The notes under the pieces were generated by a model. The model was not told where the DNA came from and did no database searches. It saw nothing but the letters and a program-made list of their open reading frames with translations. DNA of 52,576 nt, filler included, from Perkinsus olseni (taxonomy: Eukaryota): the NCBI GenBank assembly GCA_013115125.1. It is 2 parts of 2 records of this genome, joined end to end, with 100 filler letters (N's around TTAATTAATTAA, not from the genome) between each part and the next. Parts side by side here need not be neighbours in the genome. Positions count along the whole stretch, not along the records: positions 1 to 26,243 come from JABANN010000485.1; 1 more part is not named here. One strand, written 5' to 3'. Position numbers and translations under genes: made by a program. This document shows, piece after piece, positions 12,496-26,174 of the stretch. Position 1 is the first letter of the stretch, and each line of letters opens with the position of its first letter.

Positions 12496-13721
12496 AGCGT
12501 TGGCAGCAGCAGCAGCAGCCCACACGATGGCATCGTCATGATCCTTCTTCTCTGGTCTGTGCATGAACTGATCGTCTCTTGTGTTGCATGTCTCCTTGCC
12601 ACCCACTTGTTGTTCTCCTCGTGTTTTTGTGGTTGTTTATCACTTCGTTCAGCTCTGCGTTCATTCAAGTTCAGTATGCTGGTGGTCTCATCTATCGCGT
12701 TACATCCGGCCTCGAAAGCAGCGTACGGATATCAAACGAGGAATCTCAACCTCCCTTGGCCATCCGTCTTTCACGCCGCCGAGCATTTAATCTTTACTTC
12801 ATTACAGCACCGAGCACCACGAAGCATTCGCGTGTGCTTCTTCATAAGAGTAACTCTTGAAGAGTTCGTTTTTCTCTGTCCGTACTCTGGCACCCAACCA
12901 TGCTGTTACCAGCTTACTCATAGTATCATCCTCTGTGATACCACTGAGTGCGGTCTTGCAACTACTTAAACGAGCGTTCTCGCCAACCACTCGAACCATT
13001 TCGAAGGGCAGGTGAGGCGTTCCACCCAAGGATGCATGTTGGCATAGTGCCCGCTTTTATTGTTAGCGGAGAGAATCGCAGCGATAGTAAAAACACGGAG
13101 GACGAGAGTGTGTGCGTGCGCAAGCATTGTGACATCATGAGACCACACAGCGAAGAAACGCCGTCGCTGTTCATGCGTTCAAAGACACGGTACTACAAGG
13201 TGAGTGACGAAATACGCAGCACAGTGTCGCTCGTGCTGTCAGAATTTTTTAAATCCTAGATAGGGAGATGTCTAACGATGGTGAACAGTTCACCGTGAAC
13301 TTGATTTACCAACTCAACCGCACTAACGGTGTGACACTATCGCAAGACATGGACAGCACCAATGCCTTGACCATTGATCGGACAACAAGCATTCGGGAAT
13401 TGACTGCTATCCCCTTTCCACACTCCCGTACCATGGGTTTTTACAGGTGTGGTTGACTGGCGATGGTAAATGAACTCTATCTACTCTTTACTGACCCGCT
13501 GAATCAAGAGGCCAATATTGTTTGCGGTCTCTTGTGTTCGGCTTGAGGTTTGGCGCGCGCGGTAAGAACCACTGGCTCTTGTCATTGGCCTACTTCTCGC
13601 ACCTCTTCAAAACGCTGAGGTGAACAACCCAGAGAAAGAGTCGCTCCAGCACAGCACTTGGCAACTCTGTACAAGCTGGTACGATGTGAGAAACTTGATA
13701 TCATCAAACATGACAATGTAC

Positions 13722-16700
13722 TCAAATGATACGGCTTGCATAACACACAAAAGCTCCTCCAGACAGCAGTTCCAGCTTGACCTTACTCCGGGCTCGCCTC
13801 GCTGACGTCGGTAAGTCGGTTAGTCGGCTGACATCTTTGTCTCGCTCATTAGACGTAATACACCACGTCCGCAATATCTCCATGCTGAACAAGTCGCACT
13901 CCCGGCCAAGAACTTCCCAGAGTGTACCGACGACACGGGCGCTTCCTCCAACTAGGTAGTGATGAGCAGGAGGAGCGGCCTCGAACCTACGACAACGCGA
14001 CAAGGGCGAGCGAATCCAAGTTTCTCACTAACCTGCTATTGAGTGCTTCAATGTCTGGTGAGCGCACCGAGGCACAACCCATAAGTAAAGCGTCTGCGCG
14101 TAGGGCCTAGCAGAAGGGAGGAGTGAGGATGCCAGAGTGCGCTTCAATCTACCCGCTTCTCCATTCCGCTAGTGGACCAATACTGCCCACCGCCACTGTG
14201 GCCCACGTACAGAAAAACCTGCCGAGTCGCCAACGCTGCGATAACATCTTCAACCGGAGGCTCAGCGCCTGAAGACTGATACAACAAAACGCAAAAACAG
14301 TGGTCTCTCACCAGCTTGTCCCTTCCAAAAGTCATTAGCCAGCAGCGGCTCGAGTTTCTTGTTTGACTTGTTGAGGTCTCCGCTGGGGTCCAGCACGTAA
14401 TACCCTCCATTGCCCTGTGCTGGACGAGCCTCGGTCACATCCGACAGTAATAGATTGATGGAGCCTCCTCTCACCACTGGATGCTCCCTGAAAACTGCAG
14501 AGATGCCCCCCACTGAAGACGGTACAGTTACCCTGTGAACATGAACTCAATCGGCAAGTTCATCAAACAAGGTGCGAGGAACAAGTACAGTGGTGAAGGT
14601 CGAGAGCCGCTGGCGGACTTGAGGGATCTGGAAAATCGTGCTTCAACAGTTTCCGGAGGACTTGCCTTCCCACCTCTCCTTGATGGCATCAAACTCGAGA
14701 ACAGCACGGATCGCCTGGGTTGCCTTCCGACGTGCGAGTGGCTCGGGCAAGCTGTCGAGCAACTTCAAGTCAGCCTCAGGCGACGTGCAGCCGCCCTCCT
14801 CTGCTAGCAGCAGCGCAGACCAGTCGCCGAAAAGAACTTTCTTCAAACGCTGCAATGCCTTCTGCGCTCTTCTCTCGTAGTCTTCCCGATTCCGCCAAAA
14901 TTTCTGGCCGTCCTGCTTCGACTCGACAGCGAGGCGGACATCAGCAATGTTATCCGCTATAACTCCGTCGAAACCAGCCGCGGCCCGGAGCACCGATTCA
15001 GGAGGGCTCGGGAGGGGGGCCAAGAAGCATAGACCTGATGGGAGGTATTGCTATCTATCAGAGCGATGGAATAAATTACGCACCCCAAGGGAATCTGCGC
15101 AGCATCCAGAATTTGCCGAGATGATCTTGCTCTACGAAGACCGCGTTGAAGCAGGCAGGGCGACAGCGAGAGTCAACGTCATGCGGCCAGCTGGATTCGC
15201 ACAGACTACGAAGGAATCTGGCAGGAGAGAATGCGAGCGGTGGTCTGACTGGAAAGTGCTACTCTCGTCGCTGAAGGCGATGGCGAATGAAAGCGGGCAG
15301 ATCGTTATCGGATGCCCTTTCTGAGCATCGATACTCCGACAGCATAAACAGCGCTGCTCTTGAGGACCATGAAACTGAGAGCAGACGCCAGTCGGCAGCA
15401 TCGTGCAGAGGGTAGAACTACTTGCCTGCAGTGACAGCGGCTTCGGCCAAGAGGTTCCTTACCCGTACTCTCTCCTTCTTCGGAACTTTGCAAAGCAACA
15501 GGTCGCCGAGTAGAGTGAGCAGCAGCTTGCCGCTCCTTCGAGATAGCCAGGCGTTCTCAGCGTCGACTACTGCTCTGTTGAGGCATGATCTTGCTATCTC
15601 GACCAGTCTTGCTGTTTTCTCAATGTACGGACAACACTCTTTGTACTGTCTATTCTGCCATTGACGTTCCGTGATGACGCTAGGCCGTGGTTGACTGTGG
15701 CCCTCTGCGTCACCAACACGCAGTAAACTTTCCAGGCACGCGCCGCAGACCGCGCGCGCTGGACGAGCGTCGCATCGATCGCTGTGAAGACACTCAGCTC
15801 GGTGGATCTCCCTTTCAAGCGTTGGATGGTCACGCTTCAACCAAGGGTATTCGGGGATGCCCTTGTCAGCCTGACAACAGCCGACTAGCAGAAGTATGGG
15901 CCAGCGGCGTCCACCCACCTCCTCAGTGATGCTTCTAGCAAACTCATCAGCCACCGTTCGAATGACCTCGTTGGAGCAAGCAGTGGACTTCCGATAGAAG
16001 AATAGGGCCCCTCGTTTGGAGCCCATCTCATCGTGGGCAATCCCTGTGAGCAGGGCTGCTCTGTAGGCGGTCACCACCTGATGCGAATTTTGACATCACA
16101 ACCGCGAAGCGCCCCACCCTCCATGCCCCCGAGCCGCCGCAATCGCTCTCCTCATCGAAGAGATGCCTCGAGATGGCGTCCGGGCCGCTGGTGAAAAGCT
16201 TCTCGTCCGCCGGCGGCCAATGGAGGAGACGCAACTGACCGAGATTCTGGCGAGAGAGGCAGCCCGGCGAGGCCTCACCAATCTGAGACCTAGGGCTGCC
16301 CGTAGAACTGCCGCTAGGCCCTTGCAGTGGAGCCACTCGAGCACGGCCAATAGCAGCCGTGGCCGCTTCCACCCTTCGTCATCGAGTACGTCGAGGACGT
16401 TGTTGCTGAGATCTTGGACGCTCGTGGAGGTCCACAAGTTGGATGCGAAATCGGTGATGTGGGGAAGCCAGAGATCATCAGAGAGGCTGTCGCCATGAGA
16501 GCGTATATCGTGATAGAGGCTTGACTTGAGTACACGGAGGAAGGGACTGATTGGCAGGAGGGAGGCTCAGGTGTGCAGCGGACACGACGAGCCCAGACGC
16601 TCACCTTTCAGAGCTGCCTATAAGGACTATGCAGGCGGCCTGGATTTGCACGATATCTTCATACACTGTGTAGTGAGGTAGTGCTAGATGAAAAATCAAC

Positions 16701-18280
16701 TTGGATAAGTTACAACAACCCACGGCTGCGATTCTTCTGGAGTCGAGGAGCTGTGGAGTGGAGGATATGCAGTAGACCGGACTTCGAACCATTGCTGCCA
16801 TCACCTCTATGTCCCGTGCCATTGTTGCATCCACTCCTGTGAGTTCTCCTAACAGCGGTATGAGGACGGACCTCACCCTGGAAGTTTCGAACTCCGGCTG
16901 CGCTGCAGCGGCCGCCTTGGACAACAGAATCGAGCACAGCACGATTCTGATGCGATCAGAGAGGGTTGAATCGTCGATGGAGGCCAGGAGAAAGTCCAGG
17001 GGCATCTGACGGACCCATCGGCGGGTCTGCGAGGCCGTGTCGGCTACCTACGTAAGCTAGCAGCTTGCAGGAGTCGTACATCGCCATGTCGACCACAACT
17101 TCCTCGTGCAGCAGCAGCAGCAGCAGCTCCCGTATTGGTCTCTGTAGGGCCCTCACAGCCACGTCGCCAGTCGCCGATCTTGAAAGTAACGGCGAGAGAA
17201 GAGCGAGGGCAATATGGCCTACCGTGCAACAGTACGCAGTCTGATGACGTTGGTCATGATATTATCAGATGAAGGCGAAGCGACGAGGTCCTCGGACATG
17301 AGCAACGATAGTGTTGTGAAGATCTCATCTTTGTCCTCGGACTCTTCTCGTAAGGGGCCAGCGACCACAGCGGCTGCGGCAAGACGTATCAGCGTCAACG
17401 CAGCGGCGCACGACAGTCTCTACCGAGGAGTCGGAGGCACGACGAGAGCCGAAAGTCTGAAAATCTGCTCAGGACGGGTAGATCAATTGGAATTGGCCAA
17501 GTCATTCTCGGTACTAGCAAGTCATTCCAGCCTACTGGAAATACAGTATTCTCTGCGAGACGGGTGATCGGTTCTACCTGGCGAGGTGACTGTATTTCTA
17601 TTTTGATTTCCCTGAGTTACGATTAATGATTAAACTCTGGCCTCAGAAATAATGCTGTCCGTGGGGAGGCCTTGCCGCCTGACCGCTCGGCGGCCTTTGA
17701 GCGAGAGAGAGAGAGGACGTCATTTGCTTATCAAAATCACCCCCATACAAAACAGTACACGCCATGGTTTTTAGTTTCCATGCACATCCACCTTTCTTTG
17801 TTCTCACATGATATCGCTTACGAGTGAGCATTTCTCGATAATAATCTATGAGTTGATACACCTCAGTCACTCGCCGGAGTTCGGAATCAAGAGCGTACAC
17901 GAGGGTGAGCGAACGCCCTCCTTACCAAGACAAGCTAGATCTGTGCCATGGCTGCCCCCCACCAGCCTCGCTATTCGTGCGCCCAGCAGGGAGCCAGGCA
18001 GGGCCGGCATCACTTCGTTCTCGGTCTTCCCAGAGGCCAGCGATCTCAACCTCAGCCGGAGCCCCTGCGGCTTCAATTGAACTGCCTTGCAGACAGCCCG
18101 ACGACTCTTCGAACTCAGCGAGCCCTGACGCGTGAACGGTCGCTTGCGTCGGCGCCTGAGAGGGATTACCGCAGGCAAGTCCTTGATGATGGCCTGGAGG
18201 AGCTCCTCAAGCTGCTGTCCATGGTGGGTGCGAGATAGCTCGGTAAGCTTGTCGACGATAGTCGGGGAGCCGTCACCCAT
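13722..18280 (-). CDS. ESP1: Separase (peptidase family C50), multi-exon
   Basis: C50 motifs in consecutive exons: GYYVLDPSGDLNKSNKKLEPLL, VFLYVGHSGGGQY (catalytic His about 14198), ALLMGCASVR (catalytic Cys about 14074), YLVGGSARVVGTLWEVLGRECDLFS and GGAFVCY. Upstream helical exons run to an ATG at 18280. The N-terminal extent and last exon are uncertain. Confidence 0.88.
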
Positions 18281-18444
18281 GAATGGAGGGATCGATGAGG
18301 GAAGACCAGGGCCCGGAGGATTGACAACGCAGAACACAGGAAGGCCAGACTGTAGCTAATTCGTGGTGAGGATTATGACAGGTGTAAGGCGATCTCCAGC
18401 CTATGATGGGCCACCTAGAAGACGCTCGATGACGGAGGCTCCCC

Positions 18445-19020
18445 TCACATGCAATACGGCCTACCCTCAGTGAGCGGTGAGGAGCCTTCATCGCCCTTCA
18501 CACGACGGCAGGGCACGAGTTTATATATTAGCGGCCTGAGTGTCATCGGTGGAATCGACATCATCGTTGGGCGCGGTACATCGGCCCCTCCGCGAGCGTG
18601 GGATGGACACCGATCTCCTGCTGGAGGAATTCCCGAGTGAACGGCCGCTCCTCCGGCGTGCCACTTTCTGAGGAACCGGTGACATCAGGTCGAAGATTAT
18701 TCGACTTGCCTGCGGTGAAGGTGGAGAGGGAATGATGGTAACCGTTGAATTCGAAGTATCTCGACAGAGGTCAGTCGAAGGAGCAGACGAGACAGGTGGG
18801 CTGCTGCTGCTGCTGCTCACTCCCTGATTAGCTCGTTGATGATGACATTTCCCCTCGGTGGTGCGGGTATATTGTCACGCCCCTCAGTGTCGTTAAGAGC
18901 GTTGAAGATCTCCGCTCTCAGCTGAGCTCTGACCTTCCCCATCGTCCCTCGGGACTCCAGTGCAGTCTCCAGCGCTTCACGGAGTTCCTTCAGAGAATCA
19001 TCCCCTGGCTGGGGCATCAT
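18445..19020 (-). CDS. FOPNL: LisH-domain centrosomal/basal-body protein FOPNL / FOR20 / CEP20, 4 exons
   Basis: LKELREALETALESRGTMGKVRAQLRAEIFNALND..NVIINELIRE|YFEFNGYHHSLSTFTA|ESGTPEERPFTREFLQQEIG..|PLIYKL follows the FOR20 pattern over its full length. Introns are 18760-18820, 18668-18709 (GC-AG) and 18536-18579. Confidence 0.88.
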
Positions 19021-19282
19021 CAGCACAGAAGAGAGGCTGCCCAAGGATGACCCCTGAGGGACCGCCCACCCGCCGGGAAGCCTCCAATGGACCACACTAA
19101 TCAACGCTGACCAATATCTTATTGAGTATCGGGGAGCACTGAACACGTCACTTAGCCTGCTGCTGAGGGGAGCCAGAGCAAGCATCATCTATATACAAAA
19201 AATGAATTGCCCCAGTTAAGCCAGCACGGTATCTGCAGTACGATGGTGAGTCAATGGGGTGGGTCTGTGCTAGCCTGTAGCC

Positions 19283-21854
19283 TCACCGAAGTCGGCCACG
19301 GCGGCTGCTGGGTGATGGGAATCCTGTACTGCGCTCGAGCGCGGAGTACTAGAACCTGGAACTAAGCTACTCACCGCTCGGGAAGAGCAGATTGCCTACC
19401 GAATAGAATACTGTGGAGAGCATGGTCGTGGGGACTCATAAAAACATCATCTTCATCATCATCGTTTACGAGAGCATCCTCTGGCGGCCCGAAAGGTGTC
19501 GCTTTAGCATGGCAGATCTCTTCCCAGGTCCCTGTCCGCCGAGTCCAGCGCTGGAGGGCTTGCCTAGGGAGAAGGCCAGCATCACGTACAACTCAAAAAA
19601 GGGGACGCTCAGTGCGAACGTAAAATCGTGAGTGGGTCCAACGGAACGAGTCGAAACCATCTCCCTCTTCCCGAAACGACCAATCATTCCAGTATCATCA
19701 TACCTGTAGTCGCTCCACAAACACTTAGCCTTCCCTTCGCAAATCTTCGGGCGGATCTCCGTCGCCGACCCCGATCCATAGTGGTCCAGCAGATCACCAT
19801 CGACATACCCACCACGATACTAGAGCGCACTGGGTGTAGGGTAGCATAGCCGCTGCAGAGCCGGCCTACCTTTTCCTGCGGGGTCGGCTGAGTTGGTCTC
19901 CAGAATTTCATCTTCATCGAACTCTCATCAGAATCCTCATCACTGTAAACCTGAGGGAATTAACGATCGAAATATCTCAAATTTTCCGAGAGCATCCTTT
20001 CTGAGTAACTTACCTCAAAAATGAACATACTGCCAGCAGGGAGATCCTGCTTCACAACATCGTCAATCTGCAGCATCTTCGCTAGGGCCATCATCAACTC
20101 GCGATGGTTGAGGAAAACGCCGATCTTCAATCGGTCCCAGTACTCCTCAGCGGTCTGAAGGGACCACAGACAACTTGCACAAGAGGCTGAGGCAGAGCTC
20201 AGAGGAAGGCGATGGGTCGAATGGGGACCGCAGCGAGTGTCACCATCTCCCAGGGTTCATGAGAACTTGCTTCCGATGGCATCTTCAAGCCGATCGGCCA
20301 GTACAACCTGATAGGACAGGCACTAGCGGAAGACCCAGACACGGAGGAGCATCTCGAGCGGAGCTGCCGCCCCGAGGAGAGGGCAGTCCTCATCAGATGA
20401 TCACTCGCCGGCAAGACTCCTTTCATGCATCGAACGGGGATTCTAGTCGTGCAAATCCCCATGCCATATGATCGTCATTCTCACGTAGATGCAGTGGAAT
20501 TGAGAGTGGACGGCTTGCGTGCCAGTCTGAGCAGCACCTCGGGCATCCTCCCCATCCAGTACGTCACCTGGGGCAAAGCGGCCAGAATTCACACAGCGAC
20601 GGCTGCCGCTGCCGTGATGACCCCTCACCTGCTCGTCCCTCCCGAAAAGCTCTTCCGTCACCAATTGGTGAGAAAGGTCTATGAACATCTGGATAGTATC
20701 GTGTGACAACGTACCGTTTATGTCGAAATCTGATTACGCGGACGGCCATTATCGATTCATGAATGCCTCACGCCTAACGCATAGTTCAAAAGGTAACCGA
20801 CTTGGACCCTGGCACAGTATTTTCACTGCGCTCCTAAGTGCTCGCTATTACCATGTTCAGCAAATTCATTCTTCGAGCGCATGCTACGCGTGAAAATGAA
20901 CTCCAAGATCGCTTCTGAGTTTCGGATTGGCGGAGCGGACAGAGGTACGCGGTACTGTGATCCTGGCGGCCGCCCCTTCCGGTACCTAGTCCTTCATTTC
21001 TTGCAAAGCTGAAGGCATCGGCTACATTCTTGATAGCCCACGTAAGAGGCTTCTTCACCTTGGTCAGGTCAGCACCACAGGCAGCTGATATCAAGGATAA
21101 CAGGGCGTGCTGCTTCCGACGTAGAGTGGGGATATGCTCGGCCTCCCTACAGCAACAGCAGAGTGCTCTAGAGAACTAAACGGCCGCCAAATTACCATCG
21201 CTTGCGATCACGCTGATAGGTCGGCTTGCACGGGCCGTCTCTCGGCAAATTCATAAGGGTGTCCATCTTATGCATTGTCGTCATAATTGACACGATATTT
21301 GGCCTGCTTCGGAGGTACCCTGGTTGGCCGGTTCCCTCTGGGAACAGGCCTTGGATCAAGGACTGCGTAAAAAGGAACGCCATCCACACAGTGAGAGTAA
21401 GAGGCCCTTACTAGTAACGAGGCGACGTTTCGGTCCATCCGCTCAGCAAAAAAGAAAGAGCTGCCATCATTCACATAGCTGCCCTCTGGAAGCAAGTAGC
21501 CGTACTTCTCACGCAAATAACTGAAATTACCGGACGTAGTCGAGCGTTCGGCGGCGAGCAGTCGAACCCACTTGCCGCTCTCCCAATTCTCAGCGAGCCC
21601 AACTCTTGACAGTGCGGCGCCGTACTTGGAGAATATCGGTTCATGAAACTCCTCAAGTTGTGACTGAAACGACAAGACGAGATTGAGACAGGTCTCAGGC
21701 TTCCGTTTACCTTCATGTTGGGGCAGAGGTAGGGCACTGGGGCGTTGGGAGCCCGGTTGCCGTGCCGGGCTACGACGATTACTTTCTTCAGCGCCGCGTC
21801 AGCATATACCCTCGCCGAGAGAAACAAGCAGAGACCGAGTAGATGGCCGCCCAT
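19283..21854 (-). CDS. Secreted histidine acid phosphatase (His_Phos_2 clade), multi-exon
   Basis: Signal peptide MGGHLLGLCLFLSARVYA followed by LKKVIVVARHGNRAP (RHGxRxP motif). Later exons LSRVGLAENWESGKYLREKY and GVFLNHRELMMALAKML..DLPAGSMFIFEV. The 3' end is inferred. Confidence 0.85.
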
Positions 21855-22339
21855 AGACCGAGATTGGACAAGGGAAAGCGAAGCTTGGACGGGTGGCGTT
21901 ACTCCGTCATTTATCACGCAAGTCGTCGTGATCACGTTGAAACCAATAGGAGCTCTAGCGGCAACATCAGCAGGAGGGGGAGGACGAGGGAAGAGTCGTT
22001 GCGAACTTTAGAGAATTATAGCGATTAAATAATAAATTGAAATTCAACAGAGGCCCAACCCGAGGGCTGGCCGGACGCACAAATGTTTCAAGAAAGGCGG
22101 TAGACCATCGTCACCGCGCCACGAAATACAGTTGGGAGGTGTCCTTGGACCAACTTGGTACAGTAAGAAATAAAGGTAAATAAGAGTCGAGAGTAAACGG
22201 TATGAAAACTAATGGAAGGTTTACGTGTGTTTGTCAGTTCAAAGTCCGCTGCGGTCGCCGGTCAAGACTTGATGCTGATGCCTCGGCAACTCAACGATGG
22301 GGAGCTCTGTGCTGTGTTATTCAGTCAGCCCGGTCTTGT

Positions 22340-25300
22340 TCATATTTTGTACTTGCCGAGGGACAGGCCTCTATTGCCCGCTAGAATGGCCGCCAGCTCC
22401 TTACTGCTCTCCACAGGGACGACAGAGCACCTCTCTTGCTGCACCATCTCGGAAACTAGAGACCCTCGACTGCTTCTCTTCCGTACGGGCGCCTCCTTGT
22501 GAACGCCGTGGTTCAGATTGAGCCTGTGGATCTCAGGGAAGAACTTGGAGTCGGTGAGTATGAAAATCTTCAGGAGTATACCAGCAAGTGTGAAGAACAA
22601 CTCCAAGGCAGCTGCCATGCCGACCAGCAAAAACTCATCGTAGAATCTACTGTACTCTTTTTTTGTTACCCAATTTTCCGTTTTTCGAATGGTTTCCTTC
22701 GGACGTTCTTCAATTAGTGGGAAAATCTCCAGCGCATACGAATCAGTATAAGCGCAATTACGAGCGTACACTTTCACCAAACACGATGCGCCTTCCGGAC
22801 TGAATCCGAGACGGCAACCCTGCAGATCCGTGGCCTCGGACACGGCAACTTCGAACAGGCCAGAGCAGCCCGCTTTCAAATCCTGACCTCCGATCGAGCC
22901 CGACTCCTCTACGCAGACTACTATAGCGGGCGAGGACACGTCCGGGTAAACCTTCTCAAAGACCGTCGTCTCTGTGCCGTCATCATCTAACTGAACCGTC
23001 TAATGAAGGGAAACTTGACAAGACTGTGCGCGGTTGCTCTGAGAAACTCACTTGAAAAACCAATTCTCTTGAGTACTTGTAGTCGTAGGAGACGGATATG
23101 ATACCCGTATGCGTGCCGTTTTCTAATTGACTGAAAAGGAGGGGGTCCCCTCATAAAGCCAATAGGCCCCTTCTTACTCCACTAGGCTCACGCATTCACC
23201 ATCTGGACTGTAGGTGCCCGAGCAGCCGGGAGCGTCCGGCTTCTTCTCGAAGTAGTCATTCACGTCCTCGAACCAGGGATATCTGCAGGATAACTGCATC
23301 ACGCTGACCCGACGACATGAGAACCGGAGCCAGCGACGAGGTCTTGCTGGATCTAGCTCGGGACCCCGTAAGGAGAGGAGCTGGAAAACCCTTGGTGACT
23401 CCCTTACACGCAGCAGCTGGGCACAGTCCCATTGAGGTGGCAGTCCTCGGCTGATTCAGCATTGAATAGGAGACACACTGAGAAGGGCATCTGCAGGAGC
23501 AGCGGAACTACACCGACCTACGTGCTAAAGTGAGCGCCACCAGAAGACCTCCTCGAAAGATCGTCCGACTGGTAGGCGGCCATCGCCAAAGTACAACGCT
23601 GAATCTGAAAAGCAGCAGGGTCGGTGGACGGTAGGGGCATCGTAAGCTCACGTTGTGAGAGCAATGGGGGCTACAACTGACAGCATAGTGACGGCGAAGG
23701 TCGTCCATCGTCCCTGTATGCCTGCAGCGTTTATCTCTGATAGATAATACCTGCAACGACGAAGCATGTAGGAGCAGTGTCGGACGGTGGTACCTCACAG
23801 ATTGCTAACAATCAGGGCGATGACGACCAGGGACACATCATAGTCGAAAGGGGATGAGGAGTCTGGATCGATGTCCAGCTCGTCACGAGGGACTCCCCAA
23901 GCGAAGGACGTGGACCTGGAGGGCAAGTGGATGGACGCGACTCAAAGGGAAATGGGATGTAAAAATAGGATGCAGCTGCAAGGTGAAAACAGTGGTAACT
24001 GATGAATCGTCAGTAAAGATTAACCATAACAAAAACTGAGATACTACAGTGGTCCAAATCACCTTGGAACATTCTCGAGGAGTACAATATCGCCGGTATT
24101 CTGGGATTCTCGAGAGCACTGTAGCTAAGTATACCCGATATCATCAATAATGAGAATGAGGCGAATGCAGAGCCAAGGGATGCAGCGTAAGCGCAGCGCG
24201 AAGGATACTCACCGTTTGACGAAGCTCTTCTTCTGGGGATGCCGGTTGATATGCCAGAACCACAGTAAAAGCAGGACCAATAGGCCACCTGCGATCTGGA
24301 GGGACGACAGGACGTACGGGTAGGACACAGTGACCCATCCATCTTGGTTGCGCCCGACTGCATGATCGAACTCCCGTGTGAAGCAATACCAGGCAAACAC
24401 GGCGACCACCACGCCGACTCCGGCCAGCTTGAGAAGACCAAGTGGTTGGAGGTCCGGGCACAGTCCTGGATGCATGTGATGGCCGAGGACGATGGCACCT
24501 GAGCGCGAATGTAGGGAACACCACAGAGGCAACCGTCGACAGGCAACACGCTAGGGGGTGAACGTGGTAATGGCTCCCAGTGCGAAGATGCGGCATCGCG
24601 TAGTCACTACGTGAACAAAGAATTGGTCCAGAGAGCAAACCGTATGGTGAGAGTTACTCTCAGAGAGAATCGCGTTGAGGTCTTCAACGTGAAGATTGGT
24701 CAGTTCTATCCTAGAGTGGAGCTGGTGGTTGCTTTGGAAGGCTAGAGGATTCCCAACATCTTCGAGTATCGAACAACTTTCCTATCGCGGATGGAGGCGA
24801 GAAGGCCGTGAAGCGCAGGTCCAACACTCAGTGGCATTTTCCATCGATGAATCCACTATTACGGGTCTGGAAATTCTGTCGTGAAGTCCATGAAAGCAGC
24901 AGGACGCGCTTACCGAACATGATAGCGCTATGTGTCATGAACAACTGCGCTCCCGACCCGAACGTCCGCTCGACGTCTTCCTCAGCATTCTTGTCGTAGA
25001 TGAGCACGAAGAACTCCGTCAGCTGCAGACCGATGATGAGTATAATAACAGCTGTGGCAATAAGGCTCCGTCGCCGGACCACTACGGGGCTGTATCTAAC
25101 AACAACCGTCGTGATGAGCTACTGTCAACTGACCTACTCTAGCATGTACACGAGCACACCACTCTTGACCACACTCTGGTAGATGCTGAGCAGATGTGTG
25201 TACCACCCGAAAGGGCTACTAGAGATCCTCATGATCTGATAGGTAACGTAGCATACCCAGACGATGAATAGCAGTATGTGATCCGACAGGAACGTTGTGA

Positions 25301-26099
25301 ACCATCTGGGAACGAACTCTTCCCTTCTGACGAAGGCCAGGCACTTCCGCAGGAATTGGAACACACCCGCAGGGTTGAGCTCCTCGTGATGCAACAGACC
25401 GTGGTCGTGGATCCTCTGATAGTTTGGCTTATAACAGAAGAAGCAAACCACGTAAAGGGCAAGGATGGTAATAACCGATGTCACCAACAATACCGTTTTC
25501 AACTGCTGGCTCTTGTTCTCTCCGTAGCTGGGGAACTCAGACTCACTCGCGAATGAGAAGCAAGCGAAGACCAGCACTTGCGTAGCGCCCAGAAGAAGCG
25601 TCAACACAACCAGTACGTTGACGAAGAGCCCTCGAACTCCTTCCTGTTTTCGAGTGTGCAGCTTGTGGCGATGACCGTTGACCAAAGACCATGGCGCTGT
25701 CTCCGGGTACTTGAATATTCGAAATGGTAGCACCAATGTGAAGACCTTCGAAAGCACGCTAGAGCAGCTCCTCTCGTTTTCATCTTCGTCCTCGCTCTCT
25801 TCGGTGGTTTGAGTACCATGATCGGTACTCCTCTGATACGGCGGCGATGCGGCCATCACTGGTGAGCCCGCCTGGGTCGGGGGCGTCGATGCTGCATCAT
25901 CATGGGGCTCATCATCACTGCATAAGCCCCCTAGCTGCTGTGACAACGTGCTTGCGTCTACCGAGAATCGGACAGATCTCCTTATATGGGGATGAGGGGT
26001 GGGTGGTGGCGGCGCCAGGTTGTCGATGTCCTCCACAGACTGACCACGCGAAGCCACTCTCGGTGACGACGACGCCGGCTGCGTTAGCGAGATGTCCAT
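22340..26099 (-). CDS. Large multi-pass membrane protein of unknown function (possibly more than one gene)
   Basis: 321-aa ORF 25134-26099 has a disordered N-terminus and several TM-like stretches. More hydrophobic exons lie at 24828-25082 and 24209-24532, and a Cys-containing domain plus TM at 22520-22990. GT-AG boundaries occur between segments. Confidence 0.6.
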
Positions 26100-26174
26100 T
26101 CAAGCAGCTATGAGTTTACTGACAGAGTACCACGTAGAGGGTCGCGTGAAAGCGCCTTGGGAGCCTACCGTCTA

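Noticed and set aside
12538-13500. Possible + strand multi-exon gene
   Set aside because: Splice-like signals exist, but I could not assemble a continuous frame or recognise any motif.
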